A stretch of DNA of 64,000 nucleotides from Enoplolaimus lenunculus (lineage: Eukaryota). This document shows positions 49,737 to 63,775 of the stretch, piece by piece; position 1 is the stretch's first letter; every line of letters begins with the position of its first letter. The notes beneath the pieces are model-generated. The model made no database searches and had not been told where the DNA came from. It saw only the letters and a list, made by a program, of their open reading frames with translations. A program made the position numbers and the translations under genes. The stretch is taken from assembly GCA_030248215.1 (NCBI GenBank), contig JASANG010001013.1, positions 124,001-188,000 on the forward strand. Direction: 5' to 3'.

Positions 49737-49939
49737 GGCCCATGTGTAGAACAGGACCGAAACAGTAGTATAAGCATATTCCTCAGCTTAAAATAAGCCT
49801 AAGGTTAAGCCTATGCGTGTGAATGAGATTATTTCTAAGCCTAAGCCTAAGCCTAAGCAAAAAAATTAGTCTGGAGCTTAAACTGACTCTATTTATAGCC
49901 CCTCCGGAAAACGATCCAGCCCTGTTCTATACATGGGCC
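49737..49939 (-). mobile_element. TTAGGC MITE (A2)
   Basis: GGCCCATGTGTAGAACAGG...CCTGTTCTATACATGGGCC; flanks TTTGTTTT/TGTGTTCT. Confidence 0.85.
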
Positions 49940-50117
49940 TGTGTTCTCGTATCTAATTGCTGAGAAATATCGTGTTTGACGGCTTTGACACAGTTTTTAA
50001 GGTTTAAAACCGGGAAATGTTTGCCAAACGCGCTTTAAAAACTGCAAAATTTCGAAACACAAAAAGTATTATCGCCCCACTGAAAAATCCTGCAAGAATC
50101 GCTAATTTTAAAAGCAC

Positions 50118-50350
50118 GGCCCATGTAAAGATCAGGCGCGGAACGTTTTTTTGCGAATCTAGAATAGAGTAAGCTTAAGCTTTAGACTAATTTCTTTGCT
50201 TGGATCAAGCTTAGGCTTACGCTTAGAAATATGCTCCTTCTTACGTGTAGGCTTAGGTTTAGGCTTAGGCTTCGACTTTGGCTTAGGCTTTAGGCTTAGG
50301 CTTGCGAATATGCTTATAATACTGTTCTGCCCCTGTTCTTTACATTGGCC
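50118..50350 (+). mobile_element. TTAGGC-array MITE (A1)
   Basis: Both TIRs; TSD AAAAGCAC/AAAATCAC. Confidence 0.88.
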
Positions 50351-51164
50351 AAAATCACTAAAGTGGTAGCGAGTTCATGTTACAAACGCACAAACGTAGA
50401 TTTTTTGGGCCTAAACTGATACTTGACCAGACCAACCTACAAGAATCTGTCCGCTAAACCTCAGCGTTAACCTAAAGCTTGAACCTAAAGCCTAAATGTT
50501 CCGTTAAAGTTTACTGCCTCAAACGCCGGTGCACACCGGCACGCGCTGTGTCCAAAAAACAGCCCAAAATGTATTTGGTAGTGTCCAACGGCGCCCGTCG
50601 AATATAGCGCAACCCTAATCTTTATGGATCAATTCGAAACATAAGACACAAAAACCTTCCACCGTCCCAGAACGCATTCCTTATAACCCTTGTTTAGGAT
50701 ATAATTTGTAAATTGGACTTCAATAAAATTGGGCAAAGCTGCATGTTTGAATTGCTTCAATTTAAATTTTAAACCCAACTGTGGTTCATCGATGACCACC
50801 TACACTTAGCAACAACTATAAGGTTAACACAGTGTAATTAACACATATATATCTGTCTGGCACTGTGTTATTATCGTATTTAATAGCTTGAAAGCATATT
50901 TTGGTTGAAATTGCCATAACAACTCCTACAGTAAGTACGACAACCGGAGGATAAGAGCCTAAACAGAGAGTCTTAACCAGTTATTGGTTGAAATTTTAGG
51001 TTATGCATTTTAAAATAGGTTTTATCAATAGAATATCGTTGCAAAGCCAGTGCGGACGCAAAATCAATACACAATGCACAGTGTTTAACAATATTTTACA
51101 CATGTGGCAGAAGGAACTTACGAGACGTTTATGCCCCTTGGGATTGAACGGTGAACGGTTAAGG

Positions 51165-51396
51165 GGCCCATGTATAGAACAGGGTCGGAACATTGTCCTG
51201 CGGGGCTGTAATAGAGTCAGCTTAAGCTTTAGACACTATCGTGCTTAGGCTTAGGCTTAAGCTTACGAATATGCTCATCTTTACGCTTAGGCTTAGGCTT
51301 AGGCTTACGAATACGCTCGTCATTTATCCTTCGGCTTAGGCTTAGGCTTAGGAATATGCTTATGCCACTGTTCGGGCCCTGTTCTATACATGGGTT
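51165..51396 (+). mobile_element. TTAGGC MITE (A2)
   Basis: GGCCCATGTATAGAACAGGG...CCCTGTTCTATACATGGGTT; flanks GGTTAAGG/TCTTAAGG. Confidence 0.85.
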
Positions 51397-51678
51397 TCTT
51401 AAGGTATTAAAACGGTAATAATAAACGTGCCTACTTTTGTCAGTCAGGCGGGTTTGAATGCAAGATTTAAATTGCACAACTGATGAAATGGAAAATATTC
51501 ATAAAGGAAAGACATGAATTTCAAAGATTTCAAAAATATTTTTCATGTTTGCATGCGGCGCTGAACCTAGTAATGTCAACTAGCGACCTACGGACCATTT
51601 GTCAAACGATCTGCCATATATTTGGACCGTATGATGTCAGCTAGCATACATAAAGCGCACTGCACTATATTGCATGTA

Positions 51679-52124
51679 CTGTAGTGACCCGAATAAGAGG
51701 GAAGGACTGATTTTTATTTGGACTCTCCAAACCGTACTCCCAGTTATTCGGTTGCGGACTGATATTTATTTCTAACCAACTCTCCGCCACCCTTCGTTAC
51801 TGATATGTATCCAGTACTGCAGTTATCCGTTGAATTAAACGTATATTTGTCTTGTGTCAATGATTTGAGCGATTTCGCAAGGTTATACTTAGAAATGTAT
51901 TTTCAAAATTTAAGTATGCTTTAAAGTTTCGAGCTCAAATTATTTAGTGCTGGAAACGTTTATGCGCTACAATTAGGGATAATTGACATTTATGGACCTA
52001 ATTAGGGTTTAGAGACTCTATCCGCTTCAGGGACTCTTACTAGGGATACGGTCTCCTATTGATTGGTACTCAAAATAGGGGCCCTCCTCTTATTACCCCA
52101 CACCTCTTATTCGAGTCACTACAG
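51679..52124. mobile_element. Family B MITE
   Basis: Same TIRs, TA flanks, collinear with 581-1022. Confidence 0.85.
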
Positions 52125-53461
52125 TACACATAACGGACAAGCATGCCTAATATGTTTTATTGTAGTGAAAAAAGCACGGAACCGCATATAGCGAAAAGCC
52201 ACACGCAATTCAAGTGCAAAATCTCAGCAAAAACCCTGGATCCACTCTTGTTATTAAAGCGACTCTCAATAGGTGCAGCAAGAGTCGATGATCACTCTTA
52301 CAAGAGTATTCTTGCAACTTTGTGCGGTACAAAAAATGCCACCGGACGTTAGATTTTTGGCCGATCCTCTTATTTGTGAAACCGGAAGCAGTTGACGTTA
52401 GAAACGTAGAATTCGCATTGTCTTTGAAAGTGTAAATGAAGTTTAGTTTACAATTCGCATATTTCAACGTGTGAAATTGCTAAAAATCGCTAATCCTGAC
52501 CCACGTAAATTATGTACGGGGGTCGGCCAAAAACGCAATCTGCGCTGGCTATGTTTTGTAAACAGAATGTACCCAGTTGCACACTGTTCTTAAAAGTGGT
52601 CATTATGCACTCTTGGTGCACCAAACAAAAATCCTACATCTACGGGCCTTTAGCCAAGGTGGGGCCAGGGTGGGCTCAACCCCTCCCCTGCTAAAATCCC
52701 CCCCCGACAATTTTCAACTTTGCTTGCAAGTAAAATCGTTTAATGCCCCTCCTGAAACATCTGTCGCCCCTTTAGCAAGGTCAGCTGGCTACGGCACTGT
52801 ACATCAGCTACTCGGGGCTCAAACATGTCATATTTACCGACTTATTTACTGAATATTGATTTGTTAGCTTTAATATTTGCAATCACTCAAAACTACAATA
52901 AAAGTATCGCAAAACAGACATACCAACATAATGAATCAAACAGTAAAATTAGCTAAGTTATTTAATAATGTTTTAGCCAATTAATTAGAAAATTAATTAA
53001 TCGTAAATTCTGAGAATTGTTTCTCATTGGACAGCAATCGTAGGGTGCGCGATCGACCCCCGACTTTGATTGCGGTGGGTAAACTTTTTTAATTATGGCG
53101 CAGAAATTGTCATTTCAATATAGGACGATTTACAATAATTAATCCTGATACATTTCAAATCTGTAAACATTCTGCTAATAAACTGTAAAATTATTTCGTA
53201 TTGTCGGCGGGGGGGACGGGGTTCAGAGGGACTGTGTCCCACCTGGTAACTGGTTCGTCTATACCGGAGATACTATTAGCCGGTGTATTTAAAGAATTTT
53301 AATATTCTGAAAATTTTTAATTTTTTCATGTCCCATTTTTAATTTTTTCTGCATTCTCTATTAACAATTTTTGGTTTCGAAGTTGTTTTTATCCATTCTG
53401 TTTGTATTAGCAGATCGGCAAAAGTAAAATAAAAGTAAGGCTTTCTATCATTATACTAATA

Positions 53462-53907
53462 CTGTAGTGGCCCGAATAACAAGGTGTGGGGTAATAAGAG
53501 GGGGGTCCCGATTTTGAGTCCCCAATCAATAGGAGTCCGTATCCCTAATAAGAGTCCGTAAGCGGATAGCGTCGCTAAATCCTAATTTGAGTCCGTGAAG
53601 GTCAGTTATTCCTAACTGTAGTGCATAAATGACTCCAGGACCAAATAAAATTCAGTTCGAATTTGTAAGGCGCGCTTAAATTTTGAATGTACATTCCTAA
53701 GTATAACCTTGCATGATCGTTGAAGCTATTGACACGAAAAGAAACGTTTAATTCAACGGATAGCGGCAGTACCGGATATATATCAGTAACGAAGGGTGGC
53801 GGAGCGTGGCTTAAAAATAAATAACAGTCCGTAACCGAATAACAAGGGGGGTACCCTCTGGAGAGGCCAAAAAATATCAGTTCCCCGTCTTATTCGGTTC
53901 AATACAG
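53462..53907. mobile_element. Family B MITE, opposite orientation
   Basis: Reverse complement of 51679-52124; TA flanks. A fragment also lies at ~36382-36505. Confidence 0.85.
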
Positions 53908-56208
53908 TACTTGCAGTTAATAGCAAGCGTGTAGCCAGCTTAACTTGTTTGTGGAACGGCTAAAACTTTTTAGCAAGGACATACAAGGATTTTCGATGAC
54001 TTACAAATCACAAGTATGGTTGGGAATTTTCTAGAAAAAGCCAAAATTCTTCCAGAGAGACAGCTGAACCGAACGGATTCCTCTGGCTACGAGCCCGTTT
54101 ATAAAATTAATGACATGATCGCAATTGATTTTTTTGATTGTTTATACATCAGTAGGTTTATGTGTTTTATTACAAATATATTTTCTTTGTATGTTCCCTC
54201 CTGTCAAAGTTAATTGTACTAATTGGCTATCGATTCGTACAGTGAAGACTCCTGTTTGGTTTGTCTTTGCCAAAAAATGGTGGATCAAATTGACTCTTTC
54301 TCTGAAATAGGTTCCACGGAACTACACAAACTGAGTCAAATTCAACTCCGCCAAAGTCAAACATGCGCCTCAGTGAGTCAAATTTGACTCAGTTTGTGTA
54401 GTCCGTAGAGTCTATTTCGTAGAGAGTCAGTTTGACTCACCATTTTTTGCACTGTACGTCACCTAAAAACATATTATATACAGCTGCTCGGACTCGAAGG
54501 TCAAACTCTTATAATCACGCAAAGGTGGTACACGCTTTCAGCCATGGAATCCTGGGTTCAAATCTCGCTTATTAAAATATGGGCCCATATTCTTAAAAGT
54601 GTATAGCAACTATCATCAGTTAGTAATAAGTTTTCAAACTCACTATTATATACAGCTGTTGATCTCAAAATTGGTTCAGCAATAGAGTATATCGTATGCA
54701 AAACATGTGCTCAATTTTAAGCTTCAGCATTCACTGGTTCGAAAGTTACAAGACCTATCAGCAACTGGTGATAGATGCTACACACGCTTGAAAATACAGA
54801 CCATGATCTCTAGACGAAATTGAAAATATTCTCATTGCCGAAACTAATTGGCTCAAGACGGCGTCATTGCTCAGTTGATGTGAAAGCGATCGAAATTTTG
54901 GTTGCTATATAACCGGGTGGGGGGTGCGAATCGAGGTATCCCTCTCTACGGATACTTTCAACATTTGGCCGAAAATGTGGTCGATGCATTGAAAGCATTC
55001 TATATTACAAAAAGTATCCATGGCCAATAGAAAAGCTCTTGCGCCCTCTGATAATAGCGGAATTGCAAAATTGACACCAAAATACCAACCACAAAGTTCT
55101 ATAATTACAGCGGTCTGTACCAATTTTAAGTTCTGCAAAAACAACATACTGTTATAAAATGTCGAAAGTTTGGCCGATGTAAAGAACAGGGGCGGAACAG
55201 TATTATAAACATATTCCTAAGTCTAAGCCTAAGCCTACGCCACTGCAAAAACAATTTAGAATTTGTACAATTGGATTTGACACCACATTATAGAATACTT
55301 TCAAACTTGGTTAATACTTTTCTAGAAACGGGCTCATACTGGCCGCTGAATTGTATCTTGAGTTCGGGACCACAGCCAATTGGGGGCCGACGACTCAGCC
55401 CTACTGTAACAATTTTGGCCCTTCTAAAAAATTTTCAAACTTGCTTGTAATTCATTGAAAACCCTTGAATGTCACTCCAGAAGAATTTATAGCCCCCTCT
55501 AGCAAGGTGTGCTGGTTGCGAGCCTGCTTAGTTACTATCTAATTTTAATTGGTCCAAAAAATTCAGCCAAGGGTATGCTACAATTATATTTGTTTGATAA
55601 TTTATCATAATGCATTATAAAGACTGTATAGCAAACCAATATCTGGTTGCTACTGTGTTTAGACAAAACTGGTATATATTAAAATTAAGTATATACAATA
55701 GGATTTAATTGGAAAATACATTGCCTAAACCACTAAACCCACTACACGCGTGCCCGTACCCAATTAAGGGGAAGAAGGCGGACTCAGCCCCACCTGGACA
55801 AATTGTGATCTCCGTCGAAAATTTTCAACCTTGCTGGTAGGTCAACGAAAATCCATGTATGGACCTCCTGAATAATTTATAGCCCCACCTTAATGACAAG
55901 GTGAGCTGGCAACCGGCCTGAGTAGACCAGGGGTATACCTTTAAGAGTTGGTCAGGGGAAGACCATTGCTTCAAGTTTAAGTTGATATTTTTTTACTGAT
56001 AGCGACTTTTTAACTATTTTAGTGCCACTCGACGTTGGTCGGCGTAGTTCAACATTCTACAACAACACAGGTTAATTGCCAAATTGCACCGCATAACAAT
56101 TTTGTAAACAAACAATGTTTTAACTTGTGGCGCTGTCCGGCAGGTCTCGACCGCCACGGGTTGCAAATTCAATTTTGACCATTAACATTTCGACCCTAAG
56201 GAACGTTT

Positions 56209-56352
56209 GACCCATGTTACTTTAAGGAGCGTAGATGTTTCTGGTGGGTCTACAAAAGAGTTGGTTTAGATTCTAGATTACAAGTTTTAGCTTACACTTA
56301 GGCTTAGGAATACGCTTAATCCACTGTTGCGCCTTTAAATGTAACATTGGTC
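56209..56352 (+). mobile_element. TTAGGC MITE (A3), short
   Basis: GACCCATGTTACTTTAAGG...GTAACATTGGTC; TSD GAACGTTT/AAACGTTT. Confidence 0.85.
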
Positions 56353-58425
56353 AAACGTTTGATGCCGGCTTGGGCAACTTCGGTACTAAAATTTCTCGCT
56401 TTTTCACAAAATGATTGCGTCTATTGACATGGACGTAGCCAGGGTTTCGGCAAGAAAGAAGCTACAGTTTATGCAAAGTTCGATGGGGGCTTCTTATGTT
56501 GCAAACTGAAACCGTGTCTTTAAACCCCCCAGTGCCAAAACTGCGAAAATGTGTTTAGATGACGCTAAACCCTTGGCGAAATGAAATTTTTCCACTCCCC
56601 TGAAACTACTTTTTAAAATGCTGGTTTACAGTGTATAGAAACATATACTTATTCATATATATAAATATATATACATATATACAGAAATATACATAAATAT
56701 TATACAAAAATATATATAAAATATATATAATATATATTAAATTCAAAAAATAATATACCAATTGTAAAACTATAATTATAAAATGGTTGCAAGCGTACAG
56801 TTCCTAAAACGTTAAAATCAAAGGTCAAAAGGCACTAATTTTCGTAACCTAAAGCCAGCTTAAAAGTTGATTTTTAAAATATAACCAGGACCCTGTACCG
56901 GTTCAATAAATGGAACCTACAGGTTTTAGAGGAAGGCATTATTTTAGAGGGCCACGTTTTGCGAGTTTCCGATTTAACAACGTACAGGGTAATAATTTTT
57001 GAGGTATATTAATACTCTATTTCGAAGAAATATCATTGGTTTAACTTTTATCAGTAATGTGGACCAAGGAATTTTTGATTGGTGGAGGTGGGCAGCGAAT
57101 CAAATACAACGAAATTATTTGTTCTGAAAATAGGATTAACAAATAATTAACAATCGGTTTAATGAAACAGTGTCGTTAATACCGGACAGAAATGATTGGT
57201 CAGACTGGGATATAGGTGTCCGTCAGGCTTCCACCCTGCGCACCTCTGTTTTCGATACGTTCACGTAGTACATTGTTCAGTTTTTAATGGGTTCACTGGC
57301 CCACGGAGTATAAAAAAGATTGATCGAACTTCCGGTGCCGGTTTTAAAGTAGCATTTAAATTTTTGGCCCATTTCAACCACGTGGACCACAGTCAAGATT
57401 TTATTTCGGGAGAGTATAAACTGCTGGTATTTCGACGTTTTATGCCAGCGAATGTATTAAGCGAGACAACTATTTTTTAACCTTAATCTAAAACCTATAA
57501 CAGTGTCCTTGGTTCAGGTTTGTCTTGAAATGTTTGGGTACGATACATTATCGCTATTGGGACTGCCCCCCTACTAATTTCGGCAACGGAGCTAATCTAA
57601 CTCAGGGTTTGACGTTTAGGCATCTGATACAGGGCCCATGAACGGGGTCGAACCATTAAATGGGTTCGAAAAAATTATTTTAAAAATGTATTTTAGCTGA
57701 GAAAAAAATTGATTTTACACCCAAACTGTATTTACAAAATTGGTTCGTTCGGGTGCCTCTGAGTCAAAAGCCTCGCTGCGCCCATGGCTCGAGCTGGTGA
57801 TGTAGTGTTTCGTATGACGCACAGAGACGGTTTCACCACACGGGTCTGTGTTCAAGTGAATGACTCGCGTACTCGAACAAAATGACATTGAACGGTTCGT
57901 TCAGTAGTTTAGGTTGTCTCAGGAAGTTAAACGAAATCAGGATATCAAATCTACGAGTGTATAAGCAATAGAAGGGATATTTCGATTTGAAACTTTCTAG
58001 AGTGAAAGGATTAAGTCTTTTTAATAGGATTTAGAATAAGTTTGTTCATCTTTTAAAGGCTAAAAATTTGTTTCGGCTACAGGCCACGGGTTAAATTGAA
58101 ATCAATGGTCACTAACATTCGATGAACGCGTTTCGAATGAAAATTACGGTTCAGGTTTAGGCTAAGGCCGAGGTTTATGTAAACTCTTAGACATTTAAGC
58201 CTTTCCTAAACCTAAGCCAAAGCGCCAACTTGAGCGAAGAATTGTGCAAAAACTCCAAAAAGGACACAATACAGCGGACAGACACCAAGGAATTCTTGGA
58301 GAGTCGGAAAAATTTGACCGTATTTCACGCCTGAAAATTCACCTTCTGCAAACAAATCAAAAATTTTCTCGCTAAAATTTGAATTTGAAGGCAAAAACAA
58401 TTTTTGAATTTTATTCCCAACTTTA

Positions 58426-58647
58426 GGGTCCGTATTCTTAAATATTTGTAGCATCTATGACCAGTTGGTGATAGGTCTTGTAACTTTCGAACAAGCGAAT
58501 TATTAGGCTCAACATTGAGCACATTGTTCGCGTTTGATGTGCCCTACTTCTATACTAATTTTGACACTTGCAATTGCAGATATTCGTCAGTTTGAAAACC
58601 TATCGCTAACTGGTGATGGATGCTATTTACGTTTGAGAATATGGCCC
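58426..58647. mobile_element. ~210-bp long-TIR MITE (family C, PIF/Harbinger-like). Other copies at approx. 36-238, 1430-1647, 13110-13333, 15855-16011, 21560-21768, 39593-39800, 44636-45110, 48225-48340, 54582-54802, plus several half copies
   Basis: TTA|GGGTCCGTATTCTTAAATATTTGTAGCATCTAT...TGCTATTTACGTTTGAGAATATGGCCC|TAG; the consensus arm GTATTCTCAAATGTGTATAGCATCTATC recurs more than 15 times. Confidence 0.8.
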
Positions 58648-59731
58648 TAGGGCTAATGTTTAGGCTTAAGCTTCATTCGCACATGCAAGTTTTTACAGCT
58701 GCGTCACAGCCAGGACTTGCAGCGACAACTTGCAGCTGCAAGTTTTTTAATAGATTTTCAAACAAAACTTGCAGTTGTAAATTGCAGTTGCAAGTTCTCG
58801 ATGCAAAAATTTAAATATGCAAGATCACGTACAGGTAATGAACAGGGTAAACCGGATATCCGTTTCCGCTTACGTTTGCTGTAAAAATCAGTGTCCGTTT
58901 GCGTTTCCGTTTCCGTTATAGAAATAACACAAATTATGTTATTTTTACGTTCAAAATTTGTTATAAATCACGTATATATTTCGCATTCTTTGTTATAAAT
59001 ATGCTGCAATTGTTCGAAATGAAATAAGAATTAAGTAATTTATTTATTATCTTAAAAATTTTAATGCGTTCGCCATTTTTTCTTTAAAATCTATGAACGA
59101 CCACTGAATTTTTGTACGAATCAATTGCGTTGGCAGAAAGATAAAACATTTTTGAAACTTATGTACTTCAATATCCGTTTTCCGTTTTTGTTTCCGTTAT
59201 TTTTACTATCCGTTCACACTCTGGTAATAAATAGTTATATGACTTGTGGTATTGGGGTCATAAAAATAAACCTATGCTCAACAGGATACTATTCATCTAT
59301 TCAGTGGCGCACGCAACATTTCAGTCCGCCTGCTTATTAATTCATGCATGTATAATGCAACTTCCACAATAACATGCGTAAACCAGGTGACTTTTGAGGG
59401 GGTAATGTCATGGACACTGAAGCATTTTTGGCATCCTGGATACTGAAGCCATAAACGCTTCTGTGTTCTGGATATTGACACTTTGTGCACGTATGTTTAC
59501 TCTGGACGTTGAATTAGAAACTTTTTTGGGTCTCTAGGATCTAGAAGGCTATTCCAAATTCTGTTCAAAGGGCTTCTTCTTGTCTGGCCATAAAAGGGAC
59601 ACATCACCAGGGTCCGGACCCGTAGCCAAGGGGGGCTGGGGGGACTCAATCATCCTAGAAAGTTTTCAACCTTGCTTGTAAGTCATTGAAAAGAATTCAA
59701 TGCCCCTCCTGAAAAATTTTCAGCCCCCCTA

Positions 59732-59976
59732 CACTCATAATAATATTTCTGATATTTAAGAAAAAATTTCTTCCATTTAAGAAATATAATTAGCAAGGTG
59801 CACTTGAAAAGTATTTCTATTATAACAGAAAAGATTTCAGAAAAGTTTTGAAAAAAGTTTGAAAATAATCGTTTCCCAGTTATTTTTCGAAAAATTGTCT
59901 TAAATATCAGAAAAACTTTTCAGATTTGCCACAGAGAATACTTTTCTGCACAAATTCAGCAATACTTTTTTGTGTG
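59732..59976. mobile_element. CAC...GTG element nested in a family G MITE
   Basis: Splits the G copy at CCCCC-TA / TA-GTAAGG; TA duplicated. Confidence 0.7.
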
Positions 59977-62129
59977 TAGTAAGGTAAGCTGGCTACGGGC
60001 CCGCAAGGTCACTGCCTTAATATTGTCCCCTGCCTGCTGTTCTGGTTCGAAACGATTCATGATGCTGGCAGCGTTGTACCGTTAATAACTGCAAAGTTGC
60101 AATATTTAATTGCAATAATTTTCACAGGGAACACTATATATCCATTTCAAGGCATAAATGCATCCTAGTGACAACTTCAGGTCTAAGGAAAACGTTGAAC
60201 CACCAACCTTCTACCCTGGAGCTACAAGAGTCGTAGCCAGGATTAACACTAAACCCAAATCATCTTAGTTCTCTGTAACCTTGCTCGATATTCTAAAGCC
60301 AGTAAAAGTATTTTTTGTTGTCTCACCAAAAAATATCGTGGGGATATATCTGTAGTATCCCCCCGTTACGTTCGCGTTCGACTTACAACGATGAATTATT
60401 GAAAAACGAGTACAAAAGTACAAAACATGACAGGAAATCAATATTTCTTTACTGTTTAGTTAGCGGCGTAAAAACGCAAAATATACAAAAAGACCGAAAA
60501 CCCGACGAATTTTGCAGCGGCCAAAAGTGCGGAAGCAATTATCAGGCGAGAAAAGAAAAGATTTTTGTCCTTAGGCTGCTTAGAGCGAGCAAACCTGGGG
60601 GAAGGCAGAAGTAGGAAACGAAACCTGAGGAATCATCCAGGCAGATGCAAATAGTTTCACCCAGGCAGATGCAAATATTTTTGGAACTGTTTACTGGGTA
60701 TTTTATTTCTTAAATGGTCATAAAATATATGTTTTCAAGGGGGTGGTTAGTTGTAAAGACTTGGAAAAACACTCATGGGGGAACAGAAAGTGTTTTTCAT
60801 TTACAGAGAGTATTTTCGTTAGCTAAAATATGGATTTAGTGAAAAATATTGCATCATTAATTACTTAGCTAGTACAGTACGGCAAAACACGGCAGAGATA
60901 TTGGTATGCGAGTTTACCTCGACATTCCTGTCAGGAAATACAATTGGTGTACATACAAAAAGGTTTCCTTTAGAAGCGTTTAACTGTAAATTCCCGTGAG
61001 TTGATTTTAACTCAAAATGAGTTGAATCCACTCAGAGGTCTGAGTTTTGAATTACGTCTTTCACAACTCAGAAATCTGAATTGATTCAACTCATCTTGAG
61101 TTAGTTTGTCAACATCAACAGGGAATTAAATCAACTCAGAGTGATTTAATATCTACTGTTATCAACTCAGAAATAGCCAGAAATAACTCTAATTCTCTCT
61201 GAATTGATTAATCAACTCATTAGAATTGACAGTGTACTAAAGCTAAAAAATAGATCTTTTTACAAAAAATATTTTTATAAGTGTGTTGCAAGTTTTTACT
61301 TATACCAAACTATTGGTAATGCTTGCACTTGAGCCAGGTAACTTTGCTGAAAGTAGGGGGCCTAAAGTATTCAGTAAGAGCATACAAGGGAGTCTGGTGA
61401 CTTGCAAGGTACGCTGCAAATTCCAATGAGTTGATTAATCAATTCAGCTAGCGAGTTGGTTATTTATGAAGTAATATCAGTAAACATGCATTAGTTCACT
61501 ATGAGTTGCGTTAATTCTCATTCTGAGTTGAGTTGACTCAGGGTGAGTTGATTAATTAATTCAGAATGAATTGAATCAACTGAAATTTCTGAGTTCTGAA
61601 AGTCCTAACGCAGACTGAGTGATTCAACTCATTCTGTATTAAAATCAACTCACTGAAATTTACAGTGTAATAAACTTTTCTAGGTGGGTGGCTTGAGCCT
61701 CCTGTTACCCCCATCTACGTACTGACCCGTGGCAGCCAGTTGTCATGTACTTCATAACAAGCGTTCCACATTTATATCAGTTTTAAACATGGAGGTAATC
61801 ATCCTATCGCTTGAATATACCCCAATGGCTATTGCCTAACTGCTTCTACATTAAAATAACTTAAACCAGGTAATTTCAGTAAGTATATGACTATATCGAA
61901 AGGTACCCACGAAAATTATACTAAGCTTATCAACCGTATTTCAGAGCACAATAAATGAGTTTAATCGCTCTGAGTACGGGAGATTAACGTGGCACTTAAG
62001 CGGTCATTTCAATAGTGACCCAAGTTTCAAAATGGAACTTTTTATTTTTCGCGTAGCTCATGTTTCAAAATTAAGGACTGCAATAAAATATTAAATGACA
62101 ATATGTTAACACAGCAATCTGTATATTAA

Positions 62130-62390
62130 CCCTCTCACTCATAGAATACACTGTGAGCAACTAAATACAATAATGTACGAGCAATACATACACTGTGAGC
62201 AGTGTTTAACATTTATAACATATGTGCAGAGCAAAATCTCCACAAGACGTGAGAGCCCCCTCGGGCTCCAGCGTCAAGCTCCTATAGCTCAGCGGTCATC
62301 GTAAATGCCTGCCAGCCGTGAGACTGGGGTTCGAATCTTACCTTGAAATCATGTCTCGTTTGAAATTGAAAGTACTCATGTGAGAAAGGG
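62130..62390 (+). mobile_element. Family H MITE
   Basis: TTAA|CCCTCTCACTCAT...CATGTGAGAAAGGG|TTAA. Confidence 0.87.
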
Positions 62391-63335
62391 TTAAAGCTGA
62401 AACGCTCTATATACGTATTTTGGGCACCGTTCCAGCACAAGTAAGCAATAGTTGTATATGGGTGCAAGTAGTGCTACTGGTATATTTTAATTCTGCATGA
62501 GTAAAATGGGTAATAATTTGTTGCCTAATAAGATCAGAGGGGTCGACACGGTTATAATTATCGAGGTTTGAGTAACAGCTTTTCAACATAACCGTTTGAA
62601 ATTTATATAAATGCTTAAGACAAATAGTATTTCGCTATTTTAGGAATTTTTTAATTTTCGAAAATTTTCGTGGTTTTTAGACACAGGATGGTGTCGGAGT
62701 CCTGGTATAAAATTCAATATATATTTCAATAAACCCTAGTGTAAGAGATCCGAGGATGTGTCCCCTTATGATGAGTAAAAATCGTGTGAGTTGTTATGAG
62801 GGTTGACGTTGTGCCTAGCAATCCCTTAGGATTCATGTTGTTCCCATACCTTCGTGATCGTTCCTGCGCCGTTGGTATTTTAATCCGAGACTCGAGCCCT
62901 TGGTTAATGGAAATACCGGTGGGTTAGATCACGTCAAGGACGTGCCCTCCCTACAAGGCATTTTTTGAGAGCTGTCACTAGTATGTTGAACCGACACTGA
63001 GACTACCACGAGTCATCCAGCATAAGAAATTGAACTTCTTTCGCAGCTGATTGGCAGAGCAACGAAACTGTTATTTGATGACAACTCGTATAAATACCGC
63101 GTATCGGATTTGGTAAATTTATCATTCCGCTACTAAGCTGATCAAGCTGCATCGAATGATATATGAATAGTTTAACTTTTTGACGAAAATGGCTTTCTTT
63201 CGAGATGTCATTTGAAGCTCAAATATGCAAAAATATCAACATAGGATCGTTCTGATCGGAACACCGTGAAATAAAAAATTAGCTTATACTGCTAAAGTTG
63301 ATAGTAGATAACTTACCACTTTATAATGGGTTTTG

Positions 63336-63537
63336 GACCCATGCATAGAACAGGAAGACCGGATCGTTTTCCGGCGGGACTGTAATAGAGTCAGTTTAAA
63401 ATTAAGACTAACTTTTTTGCTTACGCTTCGGCTTAAGCTTTAGAATTGGCGCATCCTTACGCTTAGGCTTAGGCTTACGCTTAGGAATTTAGGAATATGC
63501 TTAAACTACTGTTCCGGCCCTGTTCTATACATGAGCA
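63336..63537 (+). mobile_element. TTAGGC MITE (A2)
   Basis: Exact TSD GGGTTTTG; TIR GACCCATGCATAGAACAGG. Confidence 0.88.
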
Positions 63538-63775
63538 GGGTTTTGCATGCTTTATCCCTTGTTTACGTTTAGGTTTGGGCTCAGGATTAAGCTTTAGCAA
63601 TTGCATATCCATGCCCAGGTCATAGCCTTTGCTTATGCCTAAGCGTTGAATTTCACTGTGGTTGGAAAGTGTGCAAGGGCCGGGGCCCGTGTAAACATCA
63701 CTTGGCGGAACGTTTTTCTGTGAGCCTGCAATAGAGTAAAGTTAATGTTTAGACAAATCTTTTTGCTTAGACTTA

